Assembly (NCBI GenBank): GCA_963749655.1
Contig: CAVVOB010000012.1
Span: forward strand, 160,001 to 224,000
Length of the DNA stretch: 64,000 nt
Source: Nitrospirota bacterium
GTDB lineage: Bacteria > Nitrospirota > UBA9217
Reading direction: 5' to 3'
In this document: piece after piece, positions 41,101 through 50,456 of the stretch
How positions within the stretch are numbered: position 1 is the first letter of the stretch
Layout: each line of letters opens with the position of its first letter
Made by a program: the position numbers and the translations under genes
Notes under the pieces: model-generated
Databases searched by the model: none
The model's input: only the letters and a program-made list of their open reading frames with translations
What the model was told of the DNA's origin: nothing

Positions 41101-41929
41101 GGGGACTGCGACGACCTTTCGACGCTCTTCGCGGCCTGCATGGAGAGCGTCGGGATCCCAACGGCGTTCATCGATGTTCCGGGCCACGTGTTCGTCATGT
41201 TCAATACCGGCATTTCGGACAAGGACCGCTCGACGGTGGGCTTCCCCGATGACTTGCTCATCGCCTACGAGGGGTCTCTCTGGATCCCGCTGGAGATGAC
41301 GATGGTGGGGTCGTCCTTCACCCGGGCCTGGCAGAAGGGGGCCGAGGAGTACCGCGACTGGTCTGCCAAGGGCCGCGCCGAGATCATCGTCGTCCAGCAG
41401 GCATGGGAGCAGTTCAAGCCCGTCACCCTTCCGTCATCGAACAACGGAACGGCAAAGGTGACCAGGGAGGAGATCGAGGCGAAGTTCAAGGACGAGCTCG
41501 ACACTCTCGCGGCACAGCGGCTGACAAACCTGTCGGCGGGATACCTTGAGATCCTGAAAAAGTCCCCGAACGACACGACGGTCCTGGGCAGGCTCGGCAT
41601 TCTGTACGGTGAGAACGGTTACTACGCAGAGGCCATGGAGCAGTTTCGGAAGAGTACTGAACCAGGACAAGAACAGTGCGCTGGCCTGGAACAATATCGG
41701 GAACCTGAACTTCCTGCAGGGCAAACTGGACGAAGCAAGGCAAGCCTATGAGTCCGCGCTTGCAGCGGAACCGGGAGAGCCGGGCATCATGGCGAACCTT
41801 GCCCGGACGCTTTTCAAAGCCGGGAAAAAGGATGAGGCGAGGAAGGTGCTGACGGACGCCGCGTCACGGGACCCGCGGGTACTCCGGCAATACGACGATC
41901 TCGCGGCAAGCCTGGGGATCGTGAAGTAG
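38123..41929 (+). CDS. Large exported NHL-repeat, FN3, transglutaminase-like and TPR protein (frameshifts near 40470 and 41650)
   Basis: Many P.GIAVD..G..YVAD.GN.RIQ.F repeats; two FN3; GDCDDLS and PGHVF; C-terminal TPRs. Confidence 0.85.
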
Positions 41930-42011
41930 CAGCCGAGAGTTGGGAACGTCAAAGACTGTTTAACCGCGGAGGACGCAGAGAAAGCGGATGAGAAAAAACA
42001 GGAGGCATGCC

Positions 42012-42467
42012 ATGATTAAAAAGGTATTTGTAATTCTGGCTTTGACCGGCTTCAGCATTGCAATAGCTTTTGCACAGGAGAGCGGACAGGAGAAACAGGG
42101 GCCGCGGATCTCGGAGTGGCTCAAGTCGATACAGCACAAGATCGCCCAGCTCGTGCCGAAAAAGTCCGTTCAGACGTCCACGAGCGTCGCCGGCGTGCGC
42201 GGCGCCAAGGAAAGCTCCCAGACCAGGCTTTACTGGAAAGGGAAGGCGGGTGAGGAACCGGTGACCGAAGAGGAGCTTGTGCAGTTCAAGAAAAGCGTCG
42301 ACTTGGCCGCAAAGGGCGATGCGGCAGGCGCCGTTGCCGAGCTGCAGGAGTTCATGAAGCAGCACCCCGACAGCGCGCTGATTCCCGACGCCAAGAAGAC
42401 GCTCGATCTGGTCAAGGCGGAGCCGCCGAAGATTGAGGAAAAGAAGGAAATGCAACCGGAAAAATAG
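42012..42467 (+). CDS. Exported hypothetical protein with TPR-like C-terminus
   Basis: Signal peptide, AGVRG, LYWKG, FMKQHPDS; GGAGG RBS. Confidence 0.75.
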   Translation: MIKKVFVILALTGFSIAIAFAQESGQEKQGPRISEWLKSIQHKIAQLVPKKSVQTSTSVAGVRGAKESSQTRLYWKGKAGEEPVTEEELVQFKKSVDLAAKGDAAGAVAELQEFMKQHPDSALIPDAKKTLDLVKAEPPKIEEKKEMQPEK

Positions 42468-42497
42468 CGCCGCAATTCATAAGGAAACGGACACCAG

Positions 42498-42529
42498 AAG
42501 GCAGGGAGCGATCCCCTGCCTTATTTTTT
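42498..42529 (+). terminator. Intrinsic terminator
   Basis: AAGGCAGGG-N7-CCCTGCCTT followed by a T-rich tail. Confidence 0.7.
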
Positions 42530-43289
42530 CTGATATCTTTTTTTTCTTTCGCAGTTGACGTATTCGTACAATTCAAAATTCACCGCCGAGACGCTGAGGC
42601 GCAGAGAAAATCGGTTTTTTACGAGATCCTCAAAGGGTTGTGATCGCGAAAAGATTTCAGGTGCAATCCCGCGCCTTGGCATCCCCCGGCTCCCGCCGGG
42701 GGTGGAAAGCGCTTTCTCGCGACGTGAACGAACAGGTCGCGAGTAAGCAGTTCCGGGAGGTCGCGTTGTTCGAGGGAGCCTCCGGCTCCTGCCGGAGGGG
42801 GCTCCACTCCGTGCGGCCTGCTCCTTTTCTTGGCTGACTGTCGCCCGATCGTGACGCACAGCGGATTCCCTCCCTCGGAGGATGTTCGGGGTATTGACAT
42901 ATTGCGATGAATATGCAATAACAGTCGCACGCATCACCGGGGGGGGAACGTACATATCAGAAAACCGCAGGACTCACAGCCATGCCGATCTTCTTCAGTC
43001 TACTCTACTCCCGCCCCGATTATATTCTTTGCTTGCAGATCGAACCGACCGGATTGAACCTCTGCCGCCGGCGTATGTAATATCAATCCGCGAAGAGGTT
43101 TTCTGTGGGTATGCCAGGCTTGCTTCCCGGGCAGCCGCGGAACGATCCAGCGCGGCTCATTAGCGACCGATCAGCGCAGACCCGGCCCACGCCGATATCC
43201 GGGGGAACATCTCAATTCATCGCGGGGAGATTGTGCACGGGCACGAGATTTACAGGGAATGGGTCCGATTTTTCTAAGGAGAGCAGGCC

Positions 43290-44249
43290 ATGTTGAAACG
43301 CGGTGAGAAGATATCCGTGATCGTTCCTTGCTACAACGAGGAGTCCGTAATAGTTGAATCGTACCAGCGCATAAATAGTGTTTTGACGAAGAATGATTTC
43401 GATCGCTACGAGATTCTATTTATAGATGACGGCAGTACGGATCGAACACCTGACCTGTTATGGGAATTATCAGGAGACAATAAATCCGTCAAGGTGATCA
43501 GGTTTTCCCGTAATTTCGGCCATCAAGCAGCGGTGACGGCCGGTATTCAATATTCTTCCGGCGACCTGGCTGTTATTCTCGATGCGGATTTACAGGACCC
43601 GCCGGAACTCATCCCTGACATGGTACGCATGGCAGTGAGTGAGAAAGCAAATGTTGTTTACGGCGTTCGCAAAGAACGGGACGGCGAGGGCTTTCTTAAG
43701 TTACTTACCGCTAAACTGTATTATCGTATTATGAATCATCTTTCCGAGGTGCCGCTTCCCCTGGATACCGGTGATTTCAGGCTGATCGACAAAAAAGTCA
43801 TTAAGGAATTCAAAAAACTGAAGGAGAAACGCAAGTATGTCCGTGGCTTGATCAGCTGGATCGGTTTCCGGCAGATACCCCTGTATTATTCACGCGCCCC
43901 GCGCTTCGCCGGCAAAACAAAGTATTCCGCAAAAAAAATGATAGGCTTCGCAGCCACCGGCCTTCTTTACTTCACAAAAAAACCGCTCAGACTCGCCCTG
44001 TCCCTCGGTTTTTTCAGCGTCTTAGTGGGAGTTTTACTGACTATCTATGTTTTCGTGTCCAAGTATTTGAATGCAAACGCAGCGGTACCCGGCTGGGCTT
44101 CGACCTTGATCGTCATAATATTTTTCGGGGGAGTTCAGCTTGTCACGGTCGGGGTTATGGGAGAATACATAGGCGGCATTTTCGATGAGGTAAAGGAAAG
44201 GCCGGAATTTATTATCGATGAAAAGGTTAATTTAGATGAAGAACCGTAG
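43290..44249 (+). CDS. GT2 polyprenol-phosphate glycosyltransferase (GtrB/YkoT-like)
   Basis: VIVPCYNEE, IDDGSTD, FSRNFGHQ, DADLQDPP, two C-terminal TM. Confidence 0.93.
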   Translation: MLKRGEKISVIVPCYNEESVIVESYQRINSVLTKNDFDRYEILFIDDGSTDRTPDLLWELSGDNKSVKVIRFSRNFGHQAAVTAGIQYSSGDLAVILDADLQDPPELIPDMVRMAVSEKANVVYGVRKERDGEGFLKLLTAKLYYRIMNHLSEVPLPLDTGDFRLIDKKVIKEFKKLKEKRKYVRGLISWIGFRQIPLYYSRAPRFAGKTKYSAKKMIGFAATGLLYFTKKPLRLALSLGFFSVLVGVLLTIYVFVSKYLNANAAVPGWASTLIVIIFFGGVQLVTVGVMGEYIGGIFDEVKERPEFIIDEKVNLDEEP

Positions 44250-45714
44250 GTTGAAGAGCATAGTCTTATTCATTGCCAGGCATAAACGTGCATTATTCAT
44301 GGCGCTTTTTATATTCACGTCGCTTCCGCTGGTTCTTCGATTTTTTGAGTTTGAGGGGAAGACCGGCGCATACGATCTGGGAATCCAGGCGGGAACGGCA
44401 AGAAACATTGTTTTTAAGCATTCATTTTTTGATCCTGTAATGAATATGAATCTGCTTGGGGATCATTTTGAGCCGGCTTTGGCACTGCCCGGGTTGCTTT
44501 TTTACCTTTGGGACAGTGCGGCCGTCACCATCCTCTTTCAGAATGTTTGCGTTTTTTTGTCAATCTATCTTGGCTACGTTTTGGCAAAAAAAATCCTGCA
44601 CGGCGAACTTCGAGCGCTTTTCATAACAATCCTCTTTGTCTTCAACAGTCATTTGCGCGATGCCAACTTGTTTCCATTTCATATTGAGATACTGGCAATG
44701 CCGCTTTTTTTTCTTCTCCTCGTGTTTATCGAGCAGGAAAAAAGCACGGTCAACAAACTGTATATTCTCATCATCTCGCTGCTGATGTGCACCATCAAGG
44801 AGGACGTGCCGTTAACGCTTGCCGTTTTCGGGCTTTGGGTCCTGCTGTTTAAAAAAGAGAAGAGGCCGGAGGGTGCCATGATGCTGTTCGTCGGCATGTC
44901 GGCATTCTTGATTATTTCCGCGGTTCTCATGCCCTATTTCTCAGGAGGCGGCTACACCCATCTCGGCAGATACGATAATTTAGGCGCTTCTCGCGGAGAA
45001 ATAATCCGGACAATTCTGTTCAGGCCCGACAAAGTGTTGTTGAATCTTGTCTCCCCGCCTGAAAAGGTGCTGTTTTTTTCCCGACTCTTTAAGCAGTTCG
45101 CTTTTTTGCCGTTTCTGGCGCCTACCTATATTTTTGCCGGATTTTCTCCGCTCTTCTATAATATGGTTTCAAACTGTGAACTGCAATATCAATTTGGTTT
45201 TCAATACTCGATCACGCTTTTGCCTTTTCTATTTTACTCTTCACTATACGGATTGAAAAATCTGCGGCGAGTCAGTGCCAGATTCGGCAGTCACGCCGCA
45301 ATGAAAATGATGAACAGGGTTTTCGCGCTGTTCTGCATCCTGCTGGTGATCACCCTGGGGTATCGCTATTTCGGCAAATACACGGATCCGTTCAGAGACA
45401 AAAATATTCAAAAATTATCCTACAATTCCATTCTTGAAAAGACGATTAAACCCAAAATACCTCTTTCGAGCAAAATATACGCTGTCAGCCACATTCAGCC
45501 CCATTTTATCGAATATAACTACGCAGGGATGTTTTCGCCTGATCTCGACTTCCGTCAACAACCGGACAATACCTTTGTGATATTGACCAAAGACGAACCT
45601 TGGTTCCCCTCGCTAGAACAAGCGGGAAAATATAATCAAGCCATAATCGATTTGAAAAAAAATCTGTCTCCCGTATATGAAGACGGATACTTTATCGTGG
45701 TAAAAAAGCCGTGA
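44236..45714 (+). CDS. DUF2079-like membrane protein (GT-C type)
   Basis: YDLGI, LLGDHFEP, FH, KEDV and QY motifs; multi-TM; AT-rich. Confidence 0.8.
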   Translation: MKNRRLKSIVLFIARHKRALFMALFIFTSLPLVLRFFEFEGKTGAYDLGIQAGTARNIVFKHSFFDPVMNMNLLGDHFEPALALPGLLFYLWDSAAVTILFQNVCVFLSIYLGYVLAKKILHGELRALFITILFVFNSHLRDANLFPFHIEILAMPLFFLLLVFIEQEKSTVNKLYILIISLLMCTIKEDVPLTLAVFGLWVLLFKKEKRPEGAMMLFVGMSAFLIISAVLMPYFSGGGYTHLGRYDNLGASRGEIIRTILFRPDKVLLNLVSPPEKVLFFSRLFKQFAFLPFLAPTYIFAGFSPLFYNMVSNCELQYQFGFQYSITLLPFLFYSSLYGLKNLRRVSARFGSHAAMKMMNRVFALFCILLVITLGYRYFGKYTDPFRDKNIQKLSYNSILEKTIKPKIPLSSKIYAVSHIQPHFIEYNYAGMFSPDLDFRQQPDNTFVILTKDEPWFPSLEQAGKYNQAIIDLKKNLSPVYEDGYFIVVKKP

Positions 45715-45793
45715 CTCCCTTCGCCGTGGACCGATCTGACGGGAATGCTCTTTTTTCTGGATGTTTCCCCGTCAATTTGTTACTCTACCGTCC

Positions 45794-47062
45794 ATGGCAA
45801 ACCAACCTGTCTCCCGCAACCCCTGGTCTTTTCTTCCCACGCTCTATTTCGCCGAGGGTCTCCCCTACGTCCTGATCAACACCGTTTCGGTGATCCTGTA
45901 CAAGCGAATGGGCATCGACAACGCCCACATCGCTTTCTGGACGAGCTGGCTCTATCTGCCCTGGGTCATCAAGATGTTCTGGGGCCCTTTCGTGGACGTG
46001 TACTCGACCAAGCGGAAATGGATCCTCGCCACCCAGGCAACGATGAGCTTCTGCATGTTCCTCGTCGCATTCTCGCTCAGGACGGACTCGTTCTTCGCCC
46101 TGTCGCTTGCGGCCTTTTTCGCGGGAGCCTTCGTCTCCGCGACCTATGACATCGCCACGGACGGCTTCTACATGCTGGCGCTCACGGAAAAGGACCAGGC
46201 GCTTTTCGTGGGGCTTCGCGCAGGCTTCTACCGGCTGGCGATGATCTTCGGGTCGGGCGCCCTGGTCTATCTTGCCGGCATGCTCGAGACATCGAGCGGG
46301 GACATCGCCTGGAGCTGGTCGACGGCAATGATCGTCTCAGGCCTCATCTTCGCGAGCGCGTGGCTGTACCATAAATTTATGCTTCCGTTCCCGCCAGCGG
46401 ACCGGGGAAACCCGGCACGGGAACGAACAGCAGGAGCTTCCTTCGGCGAGGTCATCAATGCCTATTTCAGGCAGGACAAGATCGGCGTGACGCTCGCCTT
46501 CATTCTCCTCTACCGCCTGGGCGAGGCCATGCTGCTCAAGCTGGTTACCCCCTTTCTTCTCGACAAGGCCGAAGCGGGCGGGCTGGGGCTGTCAACACAG
46601 GATGTGGGGATCGTTTACGGAACAATCGGTGTGATCTGTCTGGTGGCGGGGGGGATCCTGGGCGGATGGCTCATCTCGCGGTTCGGATTCAGGCGCTGCG
46701 TCTGGCCCATGGTGATCGCCATGCACCTGCCCGACCTGTTTTTCGTGTATATGGCTTATGCGCAGCCGGGCATCGGCTTTGTGTACCCGCTCGTCGCCCT
46801 TGAGCAGTTCGGCTACGGGCTGGGCTTTACCGTGTTCACGGTCTACCTCATGTACTCCGTGGACAGCCGGTACAAGACGTCGCACTACGCCATTTCAACG
46901 GGCATCATGGCCCTCGGCATGATGCTTCCGGGTTTTGCCAGCGGATGGATCCAGCAGCAGGCGGGCTACAGGATGTTCTTCATCATCGTGTGCCTGATGA
47001 CCATCCCGGGAATGCTGACTATTCCTTTTCTCGCAAAGGAGCGGATGGACCGGCAGGGGTGA
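45794..47062 (+). CDS. ampG: AmpG-like MFS transporter
   Basis: YFAEGLP, LPWVIK, SATYDIATDGFY. Confidence 0.8.
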   Translation: MANQPVSRNPWSFLPTLYFAEGLPYVLINTVSVILYKRMGIDNAHIAFWTSWLYLPWVIKMFWGPFVDVYSTKRKWILATQATMSFCMFLVAFSLRTDSFFALSLAAFFAGAFVSATYDIATDGFYMLALTEKDQALFVGLRAGFYRLAMIFGSGALVYLAGMLETSSGDIAWSWSTAMIVSGLIFASAWLYHKFMLPFPPADRGNPARERTAGASFGEVINAYFRQDKIGVTLAFILLYRLGEAMLLKLVTPFLLDKAEAGGLGLSTQDVGIVYGTIGVICLVAGGILGGWLISRFGFRRCVWPMVIAMHLPDLFFVYMAYAQPGIGFVYPLVALEQFGYGLGFTVFTVYLMYSVDSRYKTSHYAISTGIMALGMMLPGFASGWIQQQAGYRMFFIIVCLMTIPGMLTIPFLAKERMDRQG

Positions 47063-47125
47063 AGCAGCCGCGGCCATTGGATGCTCCGCGGCGTTCCCGA
47101 CAATCTGCGGTTTTGCCGGGCGGAT

Positions 47126-47371
47126 CTAGTCCTTCCACCCTCCGGCCAGAACATATCCGATTATCACGCCGATGATCGGGCCGATGGTCTCGCGGCCGAG
47201 AACGCCGATCGCGCCGAGCGCCAGCATGAGAGGCAGGACGAGTACGATCGAAACCAGCTGCAGCGTCTTGCCCCCGATCGTTGCGTTCTGCTTGACGATG
47301 AGCGAGTAAACGCCCCACAAACCTGCCCCCATGACGATCATCGCGACCACTGCGATCACTGTATTCCACAC
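47126..47371 (-). CDS. Small membrane protein
   Basis: Three hydrophobic segments, IIGYVLAG. Confidence 0.55.
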   Translation of the reverse strand: MWNTVIAVVAMIVMGAGLWGVYSLIVKQNATIGGKTLQLVSIVLVLPLMLALGAIGVLGRETIGPIIGVIIGYVLAGGWKD

Positions 47372-47582
47372 ATTATTAATCCAGACGACCTCCCGGTAAA
47401 ATAATGGCTTTGCCGCAGACTGCGGCCAATGAACGAGGCACCATTATAAGGGAACCGGCAGTGCGTTGTCAAAGAGTAAAAACAACTGCGGTCCTGGACA
47501 ACAAGGGATGGCAATGTTCCGGGAAAGCAGGTACAATTGAAGCATCGACGGCTTTTATCGGGGCGTCAACAGGGAGGCGACT

Positions 47583-48512
47583 ATCGAAAAGGTTCTCTAT
47601 GAATTCGGTCTCATCATCGCGGCGGGATACGGCTGGCGGTGGTTCAATCCCGGCGGGCTCGACCGGCACCGCGCGCGCCATGCGCTGAGCGTGACGGTAC
47701 TGCACGTTTTTCTTCCGGCGCTGGCTTTCGGGCTTGTTGCATCGACGAAGGTAGACCGGAGCTTCGTCGCTGTTCCGCTCACGGCCGCTGCTGTTGTTCT
47801 TGTTTCGCTCGCAGCCGGTTTTGTTGCATACAAACTGCTTCCCTGGTTCCGGGACATCCCGCCACGCGCCTTCGGCGTCATGATGCTGTCCGCCGCCTTC
47901 GGCAACGTCACCTATCTCGGGCTGCCGGTCATTACGGAAATGCTCGGCCCCGGCTACGGCTATGTCGCGGTCCTGTACGATCTGCTGGCCTCGACGCCGA
48001 TTCTGCTCACGGTCGGGGTGTTCATCGCGGCGCGCTACGGCAGCGGCAGGGCGCTGTCCGTCGCCGCATCGTTGAAGCGGGTCGTGCTTCTTCCGCCGCT
48101 CTGGGGCGTGGTCGCGGGCATTGCGGTCCGGCTGGCCCACCTCCCGGTGCCTCAGCTGGTGCTGGATACAGCGACGCTCATGGGCAAGGCGGTGATTCCA
48201 ATCATGATCTTCACGGTCGGCCTCGCCCTCGATTTCCGGGACGTCAAGCGGCTGCCCATTGCGATCCCCGCGCTTGCGATCAAGCTGCTGGCCGCGCCGG
48301 TCCTGGCATGGTGGGCCGGATCGCGGCTCGGACTGGCCGGTCCGGTGCTCGAAGCATCGGTCGTCGAAGGCGCCATGCCGGTCATGGTGCTGTCGCTTGT
48401 GATCGCCGACGAGTTCGAGCTTGATGTGCCCCTGGCCGCGGCGTGCATCGCGGCATCGACCGTTCTCTTGTTCTTTACCATGCCGCTCATGATGAAGGCG
48501 GTGCAGGTATGA
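47583..48512 (+). CDS. AEC (auxin efflux carrier) family transporter; start codon non-canonical or mis-sequenced
   Basis: FGNVTYLGLP, IKLLAAP, EGAMP; the frame extends upstream of 47691 to ATC 47583 after GGAGG. Confidence 0.85.
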   Translation: MEKVLYEFGLIIAAGYGWRWFNPGGLDRHRARHALSVTVLHVFLPALAFGLVASTKVDRSFVAVPLTAAAVVLVSLAAGFVAYKLLPWFRDIPPRAFGVMMLSAAFGNVTYLGLPVITEMLGPGYGYVAVLYDLLASTPILLTVGVFIAARYGSGRALSVAASLKRVVLLPPLWGVVAGIAVRLAHLPVPQLVLDTATLMGKAVIPIMIFTVGLALDFRDVKRLPIAIPALAIKLLAAPVLAWWAGSRLGLAGPVLEASVVEGAMPVMVLSLVIADEFELDVPLAAACIAASTVLLFFTMPLMMKAVQV

Positions 48513-49895
48513 AAACAACAAAGGAGTACGACGTCATCATCATCGGGTCCGGGCCCGGCGGGCATTTTCGCCGCCCTCGAACTCGTCCGGAAGCCCGGGC
48601 TCAGGATCCTCATGGTCGAGAAGGGCAGCGACATCAACGAGCGCTCGTGCCCCATGGTCGAGTCCGACATCGCCTGTGTTCAGTGCAGCCTCTGCAGCAT
48701 CCTCTGCGGATGGGGAGGAGCGGGGGCGTACAGCGACGGCAAGCTGACCCTCACGCCCGACTTCGGCGGCTGGCTCAAAGACTATATTTCCCAGGACGAC
48801 CTCCTGTCGTTCATCGATTACGCTGATTCCGTGTACCAGTCCTTCGGCGCCGGCGGCGAAGTCCACGGCGGCGACACCGAAGCGGTGTCTCGTCTCAGGA
48901 AAAAGGCCGCAGGCTACAACCTGGAGCTCATCCCCGCGCGGATCAGGCATATCGGCACGGACCTCTGCCGCGAGGTATTGAGAAAGATCAGGGAGCATTT
49001 GAACGGAAAGGTGGACATCCTGTTCGACGTGCCGGTGGAGCAGATCAGGACGAGGGACGGCCAGGTGTCGGGAATCGTAACGACGAAGGGGGACGCCTAC
49101 GACGCCCGTTTTGTCGTCGCGGCAGCAGGCAGGGAAGGCTCGTCCTGGCTTTCGGGAGAGGCGAAACGGCTGGGGCTTCCGGTCCAGAAGAACCCGGTCG
49201 ACATCGGCGTGCGCGTCGAGCTTCCGGCGCACATCATGAAGGACATCACCGACATCGCCTACGAGGGCAAGTTCATCTACTTCTCCCGCCGGTTTCGCGA
49301 CCGCGTGCGGACGTTCTGCATGAACCCTTACGGTGAGGTGGTGAAGGAGTACAGCGAGGGCATCTGCAGCGCGAACGGCCACAGCTACAAGAACCGCAAG
49401 ACCGGCAACACGAATTTCGCCCTGCTCGTGAGCACCGACTTTACCCGGCCCTTCAACGATCCCATCGCCTACGGCAGGTATATTGCCGGGCTCGCGAACC
49501 TGCTGGGAGGCGGGGTGATCGTTCAGCGGCTCGGCGACCTCAAGATGGGAAGGCGTTCCACGGCCGAGCGCATCGCCGAAGGATCGGTCCGGCCGACGCT
49601 CGATGACGCGGCGCCGGGCGACCTCAGCTTCGTATTGCCCTACCGCCACCTGCACAATATCACCGAAATGCTCGAGGCGCTCGACAACGTGGCGCCGGGA
49701 GTGAACTCCGGTGACACGCTGCTCTACGGCGTGGAAGTGAAGTTCTACTCCATGAAGCTCAAGCTTTCCTCGTGCCTCGAAACGGAAGTGAGGAATCTCT
49801 TTGCCGCGGGCGACGGCGCGGGGGTGACCCGCGGCCTGATCCAGGCGTCCATCTCCGGGATCGTTGCGGCGCGGGAAGTGCTGAAAAGGGTGTGA
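48509..49895 (+). CDS. NAD(P)/FAD-dependent oxidoreductase (frameshift near 48555)
   Basis: YDVIIIGSGP, GWGGAGAYSDGK, DIGVRVE, RTFCMNP, GDGAGVTRG. Confidence 0.88.
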
Positions 49896-50280
49896 CAGGC
49901 AAGCCGGAAGCAAAACATTTGTCACCATGAAGGCCACGAAGAACAGGCGCCGGTTCAATCTTGCAGATTGAACCGGAATTTTAACGCATGGTTCAGGCTT
50001 CAAGCCTGAACCAGTTCCTTTTGTGTACGGCCGTATCTTCATCGTGAATATTCTTCCCATAATGGGCGGAACGTTACTTTTTCGTAAAGTCATCACGTTT
50101 CTCCTCAAGTCTCCGAATTTACCCCGTCGTCCTGTAATGTGTGGCAACCGGTTACGCTCCTCCTCATTTTTCCCTTCCCATCTATTGGCTTGATTTTTCA
50201 GGTATATGGTGTTATTTTATGCCATTCATGACCGGCTGTGTGCAGAAAGGTTACATGCAGGGCACAAGAAAGGACAAGTC

Positions 50281-50456
50281 ATGAGAAGAGACATCTGGAT
50301 TTTCCTGTTTTTCGTCGGCATCCTGTTCTTCGGCTGGCCGATCCTCAGCATCTTCAACAACGGCCTGGCTTCTATCTTTTCATTGTCTGGCTGCTCTTCA
50401 TCGTGTTCATCTTCATTGCCGTAACATTCCCGCGAAGAGAGGACAATAACGGATAA
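50281..50456 (+). CDS. Small two-TM protein directly upstream of the kinase (frameshift near 50370)
   Basis: MRRDIWIFLFFVGILFFGWPILSIFN + YLFIVWLLFIVFIF; stop abuts the kinase GTG. Confidence 0.7.

Noticed and set aside
42521-43163. ORFs or an ncRNA in the long intergenic region before the GT2 gene
   Set aside because: Several hairpins are present, but there is no recognisable RNA family or protein signature.
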